The notes below the pieces were generated by a model that was not told the DNA's origin, ran no database searches, and saw only the letters and a list, made by a program, of their open reading frames with translations. Below are positions 59,095-64,000 of a stretch of DNA of 64,000 bases, piece by piece (position 1 is the stretch's first letter; each line of letters begins with the position of its first letter). The stretch comes from a bacterium (lineage in GTDB: Bacteria > Zhuqueibacterota > Zhuqueibacteria > Residuimicrobiales > Krinioviventaceae). The stretch lies in the NCBI GenBank assembly GCA_963675755.2, contig CAXXMD010000002.1, forward strand, positions 832,001 through 896,000, given 5' to 3'. The position numbers and the translations under genes were made by a program.

Positions 59095-60779
59095 TGAAAA
59101 CGAAAATACTTTTATCCTTATTTATAATGGTTCCGGGGTTGCTGTTTGCACAAAAAGTGGTTGCTCCCCCCTCTCGTATAACCTTACCATCGGATACAAG
59201 TCGCGTTGTACCATCATCATCAAAGGTCAATGCTCAGGATTCAACTTTGACTGTACCCGAAGTGTTGATCTATGGCAAGGACAAAACCACCAGAAATGTT
59301 GATGATAAAATAGATTTTAACCAGGAAACACCAACCTTATACAAGCCTCAACTGGAGCATGATCCCGTCAGTAATTTGATGGCAAGCACCCAGAACAAAC
59401 CGGAATATGAAAGAACTGCAAATACAATGCAGCGCATGACTTGGGCAGATCTTACAGGTGGAGGTTATTCAACAGTAATCGCCAATGCAGGATACTGGCA
59501 GCGTATCAAAAAAGGTGATTTCAGGGTTAACGGTAATTTTGATCGCAGCAGTGGACAATTTGATAACAGTGATCATACAATGGGTGGTATTTCAGGAAAT
59601 CTTCACTATGTATTCAACAAATCCAAAACTACTTCGTTTGCAGAGTTGTATTCAAAAGATCTGGGCATGTTTAATTACATGGGTAGATCAGATGTTAAAC
59701 GCACAATCACGAACCTGAATGCCGGAACAGAATGGTATTTAAGCGTTAGTAAACTTGCGGATAGTAAAGTTGGTTTTCATTTCAACAATCTATCTATCAC
59801 GGATGATTCCAGTGCAACAATTAATACCAGAGACCAGTTTACCTATAAACTATTCGGTGAATATAATCAACAATTTAAATATGCTATGGTTAAAGGTTTT
59901 GGTGGTTTTGAAAGAGACTCTGATAATTTGGACAATGCAAGCAATCATTCACATTTTGGTGAGTTAGGGGCAGAATTTAGTGGTAACCCCATTAACTCGG
60001 TAATGCTTTCAGCGGGTTTAAAATACCAATCATTTGATTCCAATTTTCTTACATCTGTAGACAAAGCTGCACCCTTTGCAAAAGTTAATTACATGCCTTC
60101 AAAAAACATAGGAGTTACTTTACAGTATCAAAGTGGATTGGAATATACTCCCTTTACTGAATGGTTATCTCAAAATCCATACGTGGTTCCCGAAATTGCA
60201 AGTACAGCAAATGAATTGAAATACGACTTGCAATTTGATGTTCAATACGAACCCAAAGATGGCATGCACCTCTACTCTACCATTGATTATAAAGGTTATG
60301 ATCAATATATTTACTGGAACAGTCCCGATACTACATTAAATCCAGTATCATTAAATAGTCTGAATGATATGGATTTGCTGTCTTTTAGTCTTGGTGGAAA
60401 ATTTAATCTATCAGAACGTTCCAGATTACAAATTGGGTTCACTAAATATCAAACAAGTATGAACGATACTACTGGGTTTGTTCATAAAAATGTACCCTAT
60501 ATACCTGAATATATGGTTCCAGTTAAACTTATATTTGAACCCCTGAAAGGTACTACTATTTCACTGGATGCCGAAATAACAGGTAAAAGATATATTGCAG
60601 CTAACATGGATGAAACATTATCCGGGTATACTGTGTTTAATATAGCCGTGCAGCAATCATTTGGAAATATCTCTGCACATATTAAATTGCAAAATTTATT
60701 TGATTCTGAATATAGTTATTGGTATAATTATCCACAAAAAGGTGTTCATTTGTTGGCAGGTATTAGCGCCAGATTCTAA
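59094..60779 (+). CDS. TonB-dependent receptor-like beta-barrel apparently lacking a plug domain
   Basis: Signal peptide; TonB-box-like LTVPEVLIYG; strands begin at about residue 115; TBDT-type C-terminus GYTVFN...QNLFDSEY..WYNYPQKG..LLAGISARF; only 561 aa. Confidence 0.75.
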   Translation: MKTKILLSLFIMVPGLLFAQKVVAPPSRITLPSDTSRVVPSSSKVNAQDSTLTVPEVLIYGKDKTTRNVDDKIDFNQETPTLYKPQLEHDPVSNLMASTQNKPEYERTANTMQRMTWADLTGGGYSTVIANAGYWQRIKKGDFRVNGNFDRSSGQFDNSDHTMGGISGNLHYVFNKSKTTSFAELYSKDLGMFNYMGRSDVKRTITNLNAGTEWYLSVSKLADSKVGFHFNNLSITDDSSATINTRDQFTYKLFGEYNQQFKYAMVKGFGGFERDSDNLDNASNHSHFGELGAEFSGNPINSVMLSAGLKYQSFDSNFLTSVDKAAPFAKVNYMPSKNIGVTLQYQSGLEYTPFTEWLSQNPYVVPEIASTANELKYDLQFDVQYEPKDGMHLYSTIDYKGYDQYIYWNSPDTTLNPVSLNSLNDMDLLSFSLGGKFNLSERSRLQIGFTKYQTSMNDTTGFVHKNVPYIPEYMVPVKLIFEPLKGTTISLDAEITGKRYIAANMDETLSGYTVFNIAVQQSFGNISAHIKLQNLFDSEYSYWYNYPQKGVHLLAGISARF

Positions 60780-60805
60780 ACAAACAGAAACAAGGAGTCA
60801 CAATA

Positions 60806-61447
60806 ATGTCCATGATTGAAATCATCCTCAAGGGCGGTGTAATGATGATCCCCCTGGCCCTTTGCTCGGTAGTTGCACTTGCAATATTGATTGAACGGCT
60901 GGTATCCCTGAGAAAGATCCAGATTAATGCCCGTACATTTGTATTACAAGTCAAGAACCTTTTGCTTCGGAACCGAATCGATGAAGCAGTTGTAATGTGC
61001 AAAGAAACACCAGGTCCCATTGCCAAAATCACACATGCAGGTTTGATGAAGCATGACCGTCCCCGCGAAGAAATCAAAGATTCCATTGAAGGCGCAGCCA
61101 AAGTCCAGATTTATCATCTTGAGCGTAATTTGGGTGTTTTGGGAACAATAGCAGCTATTGCTCCATTAATTGGATTTTTGGGTACCGTAACAGGTATGAT
61201 CAAAGCTTTTATGCAAGTTCAAACACTTGGCGGCAGCGTAGATGCAAGTGTTTTGGCAGGCGGTATATGGGAAGCCTTGATTACAACAGCAGCCGGTCTT
61301 AGTGTTGGTATTCCCGCATTGATATTCTATAACTGGCTGTTGAGCAAAGTCGAACGACATGTATTTGACATGCAGGAAAGCTCGAACGAACTTATGGATG
61401 TATTCCTGGAAAAGGAGATTCAGAATGAACATCGAAACATCGCGTAA
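60806..61447 (+). CDS. exbB: MotA/TolQ/ExbB proton channel protein
   Basis: GGVMMIPL; LGTIAAIAPLIGFLGTVTGMIKAF; GGIWEALITTAAGLSVGIPA. Confidence 0.92.
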   Translation: MSMIEIILKGGVMMIPLALCSVVALAILIERLVSLRKIQINARTFVLQVKNLLLRNRIDEAVVMCKETPGPIAKITHAGLMKHDRPREEIKDSIEGAAKVQIYHLERNLGVLGTIAAIAPLIGFLGTVTGMIKAFMQVQTLGGSVDASVLAGGIWEALITTAAGLSVGIPALIFYNWLLSKVERHVFDMQESSNELMDVFLEKEIQNEHRNIA

Positions 61448-61826
61448 ACGGATGGTAATGTTTTCCACCATCTCTTTGACCGATATTGTTCTGCTGTTAC
61501 TGATCTTTTTTCTACTGACTTCATCATTCGTTGTTCAGCCGGGAATCAAAGTCAAATTACCCAATGCAGCAAGTGGTCAGCAGGATGATTCGGATAAAAT
61601 CTATGTCACAATCACTCTGGACAACCAAATATTTCTGAACCAGAGACAAGTTTCCATTACCCAGCTCGCACAGCAAATGGGTCAAATGTTGAATGAAAAT
61701 CCGCAAAAAATGGTTGTAATCAAAGCAGACAAAGATCTTTCACTGGAAAGAACAATCCGTATTGTAGATACAGCAAAACTAGCCGGCGCTGAACGGTTTA
61801 TGATTGCAACTGAACCAGGATTATAA
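61425..61826 (+). CDS. exbD: ExbD/TolR biopolymer transporter
   Basis: ATG 61425 behind AAGGAG; SLTDIVLLLLIFF with the essential Asp; IKVKLP; VIKADK. Confidence 0.92.
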   Translation: MNIETSRKRMVMFSTISLTDIVLLLLIFFLLTSSFVVQPGIKVKLPNAASGQQDDSDKIYVTITLDNQIFLNQRQVSITQLAQQMGQMLNENPQKMVVIKADKDLSLERTIRIVDTAKLAGAERFMIATEPGL

Positions 61827-61830
61827 TTTT

Positions 61831-62625
61831 ATGAAAAAGCTTTTTCAAAATTTAAATCTCAACAAAGCAATGGGAATATCTGTAATTTTCCATTTATTTT
61901 TGGTGCTGTTGTTTTATCTTGTTCACACTCAGATGGTAATGCCTTCACCGGAATACGCCGAGATATCATTTATGTCAAGTTCGAGCAAGACGGTTCCGGT
62001 ATCCACCAGACAACAGGCAAGACCACAGCCACCCAAGCCGGTTACAAAAAAACAGGAACCGGCACCTGAACCCGTTGCAAAAGAGGAAAAAACCCAACCT
62101 GTGAATCTTCCAAAATTCAGAAACAGATTGGATGAAGAAACAGACATGATTAAAAGGGATTATGGCAAAATTGATGCATCCTCATCAGCGCAAAAAATAA
62201 CACCGGATAATTCTGTTTATGATCAACGCGCACAAGCAATTCCGGATGATAATGACAGGAGCTATTACCCTACCCCATCTACCACAGAGAACGACGCAAA
62301 ACCATCGCTGGTAGAAAGAGACGGTATAAAACCTGGTGACTCGAATCAACCCTTTACAATTGAGGGTGATGCGGCTAAACGGACTTTGGTTAAAAAAGTA
62401 ATCCCACAATATCCACCGGGGCTTCAAAAAGAGGCTACAGTAAAAATTAGAATCTTTGTTTTACCCAATGGTGAAATCGGTCAAATGCTTCCCGTACTCA
62501 AAGGTGACCCGGTATTGGAAGAAATTACCTTGAAATCGCTTAGGGAATGGAAATTTAATCCATTACCCCCGGGTGAAAACAAGACTGTTCAAGGTATTGT
62601 TACCTTTAGATATGAATTAAGATAA
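61831..62625 (+). CDS. tonB: TonB-family energy transducer
   Basis: TM with SxxxH (SVIFH); Pro/Lys/Glu-rich linker; C-terminal PQYP...VKIRIFVLPNG...WKFNP. Confidence 0.88.
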   Translation: MKKLFQNLNLNKAMGISVIFHLFLVLLFYLVHTQMVMPSPEYAEISFMSSSSKTVPVSTRQQARPQPPKPVTKKQEPAPEPVAKEEKTQPVNLPKFRNRLDEETDMIKRDYGKIDASSSAQKITPDNSVYDQRAQAIPDDNDRSYYPTPSTTENDAKPSLVERDGIKPGDSNQPFTIEGDAAKRTLVKKVIPQYPPGLQKEATVKIRIFVLPNGEIGQMLPVLKGDPVLEEITLKSLREWKFNPLPPGENKTVQGIVTFRYELR

Positions 62626-62690
62626 AAATAATTTGAAATTCCCATTTTTTTTTATAATTTAACAATTATAATTTAAAAAGGAGCTGTCTA

Positions 62691-63296
62691 GTGAAAGTGT
62701 TTTATACTCTACTGATCATTTTATTATCATCAAGTTTTGTTTTGGCAGAAGAAACACTTTTCAGTGGAGATATTACACATGGCGGTTATGGCGGCCCAAG
62801 CTTCAAAGTTGGTAAAGTATACAACAGTACCGCATTATGGATTGGTGGCGGCGGCGGCTGGATCATTAATCATCAATTTGTTATTGGTGGGGCCGGTTAC
62901 GGAATGGTCTCTGAACTTCGAGCACCTTCTGTAGCTCAACCCGTAGACGGCACAGATCTTGAATATTTTATTGATTTGGGGTATGGCGGTCTGTTACTTC
63001 AATATATTGCCAATTCAGATAAACTTGTTCACTATACAATTGGAGCACTTATTGGTGCCGGTGGTATAAGCTATTCAGACAGAAGATCAACCACCGAATA
63101 TGAAATTACAGACAGTGATGCATTTATGGTAATTGAACCCGGTGTGGATGTTGTATTAAATATGACCCGTAATTTCAGACTTGCTTTTGGAGTTAAATAC
63201 TTGTATGTATCCGGATTAAATAGTATGCCGGGATTAGAAAGTTCAGATATTAGCAGTCCCCAGTTTCATGTAATGCTTAAATTCGGTACTTTTTAA
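62691..63296 (+). CDS. Small outer membrane beta-barrel protein
   Basis: GTG start behind AAGGAG; signal peptide; Gly/aromatic strands (GGYGG, GGGGGWII, GYGGLLL); C-terminal LKFGTF. Confidence 0.8.
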   Translation: MKVFYTLLIILLSSSFVLAEETLFSGDITHGGYGGPSFKVGKVYNSTALWIGGGGGWIINHQFVIGGAGYGMVSELRAPSVAQPVDGTDLEYFIDLGYGGLLLQYIANSDKLVHYTIGALIGAGGISYSDRRSTTEYEITDSDAFMVIEPGVDVVLNMTRNFRLAFGVKYLYVSGLNSMPGLESSDISSPQFHVMLKFGTF

Positions 63297-64000
63297 AGAT
63301 GGGTACCTGCCCAAATAACAAACACTGCCATCGGATATAATAATAACTGCGCTAACAAAGTCCCTGCTACCCTGCTGATAATCATAAACACAATACATTT
63401 TGAATAATAATAGGGACTGGTCTTTCCTTCAAGAATATCATCTGTTAATAATGAAAAGAATGGATCCACAAAAATCACCAGAATTACTGTAGCCAAACCG
63501 GTTAACAATGGTGCAAAGCTGCCCGAGGTTAAACGTAATTCAGGATTCAAATACGAAGCCAGCATGGTAGCAAGCGATCCTGCGGTCAAAAACGCAACAG
63601 CTAAAAAATTCAATCCAATAATTCGTTTGGGGATGGATTTAATACTTTTTAAATGTTTGAAATTATCTGAAGATGGGATTTTAAATTGTTCTTTGAATTG
63701 TTTTATACCACTTTTGGTAAAACTGTGAACAATGACCTGGGGAATTGAACGATCTATATTAAAACGTTGTACAAACTTGACTAATATTCTTCTAAAAGTC
63801 GGCATGAGAACAGCACCGGCAATTGTACCCAATGTAGCAGCAAATAAGATAAAGTAAAAATAATGGGTAGACGGATTCAAAATTCCGGAACCAAGATCTG
63901 TCTCTACTTTTTTGGCAAGAATAGGTACCTGCAATGCATTAGCAGTACGAGACAATAATACCAGAATATTAAATAATGAAAAAGAAACAGTCAGTCTGCC
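63293..64000 (-). CDS. amj: Amj/DUF2837-family lipid II flippase, 5' end beyond the window
   Basis: Frame open to the edge: ...TVSFSLFNILVLLSRTANALQVPILAKKVE; ATLGT..GAVLMPTF; GLATVILVIFVDP; SRVAGTLLAQ. Confidence 0.85.
   Translation of the reverse strand, partial: GRLTVSFSLFNILVLLSRTANALQVPILAKKVETDLGSGILNPSTHYFYFILFAATLGTIAGAVLMPTFRRILVKFVQRFNIDRSIPQVIVHSFTKSGIKQFKEQFKIPSSDNFKHLKSIKSIPKRIIGLNFLAVAFLTAGSLATMLASYLNPELRLTSGSFAPLLTGLATVILVIFVDPFFSLLTDDILEGKTSPYYYSKCIVFMIISRVAGTLLAQLLLYPMAVFVIWAGTHL

Noticed and set aside
4150-61830. Long N-terminal extensions given by the ORF track (4197, 5428, 17193, 28380, 31007, 39932, 44469, 55846, 61359, 61804)
   Set aside because: Downstream starts have better RBSs and/or expose signal peptides and avoid overlaps with neighbours or hairpins.
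56086-62625. Canonical Tol-Pal locus
   Set aside because: No tolB beta-propeller or pal gene. The transducer is TonB-like, and the TPR protein is far larger than CpoB.
364-62934. Numerous 60-190 aa antisense or alternate-frame ORFs in the track (e.g. 11522-12097, 50888-51427, 7900-8316, 31126-31308)
   Set aside because: They overlap well-supported genes, lack RBS or motifs, and have shadow-ORF composition. 31126-31308 is the antisense of the real YqaE gene.
1-64000. rRNA, tRNA, IS elements, prophage, anti-phage defence genes
   Set aside because: Intergenic gaps are short and AT-rich with no cloverleaf or rRNA-like sequence. No transposase, integrase, phage or nuclease/NTPase defence motifs were recognised.

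Overview
Gene-dense, AT-rich bacterial chromosomal window from a diderm organism. Gene content suggests the FCB superphylum (e.g. KSB1/Calditrichota-like); this is inference only. No rRNA, tRNA, CRISPR array, transposase or prophage was seen. There are about 50 CDSs, dominated by cell-envelope functions. Housekeeping and metabolic genes include der, rsgA, sdaA, queH, ttcA-like, dinB, a Fe/Mn SOD, PDRP, and 2-hydroxyacid dehydrogenase, FAH and nitrilase family proteins. Recognisable modules are an ECF sigma/anti-sigma/Spy-like trio, a pdaD-deoxyhypusine synthase-like-speB polyamine operon, a CusCBA-type Cu/Ag efflux cluster with a Cys-rich upstream ORF, alpha-2-macroglobulin-pbpC, a glucuronyl C5-epimerase-GT4-M23 unit with a nearby Wzx flippase, and an Amj-type flippase. 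The best candidates for an undescribed system are: (1) a tightly coupled giant TPR protein + plug-less TonB-dependent-type barrel + ExbB/ExbD/TonB operon (56-62.6 kb); (2) an LPP20/FlgP-like + TPR-SLH lipoprotein + FlgT-like + CsgG/FlgT_C operon with no flagellar or curli genes (3.2-7.6 kb); (3) a second CsgG/FlgO-TPR lipoprotein + beta-barrel + lipoprotein operon (27.8-31 kb). ECF-type promoter motifs precede the ECF sigma gene and operons (1) and (3). Two CDSs missing from the ORF track were found by hand: an HExxH metalloprotease (<1-1009) and a 59-aa YqaE/Pmp3 protein (31110-31289). All family calls come from motif recognition, not database searches.
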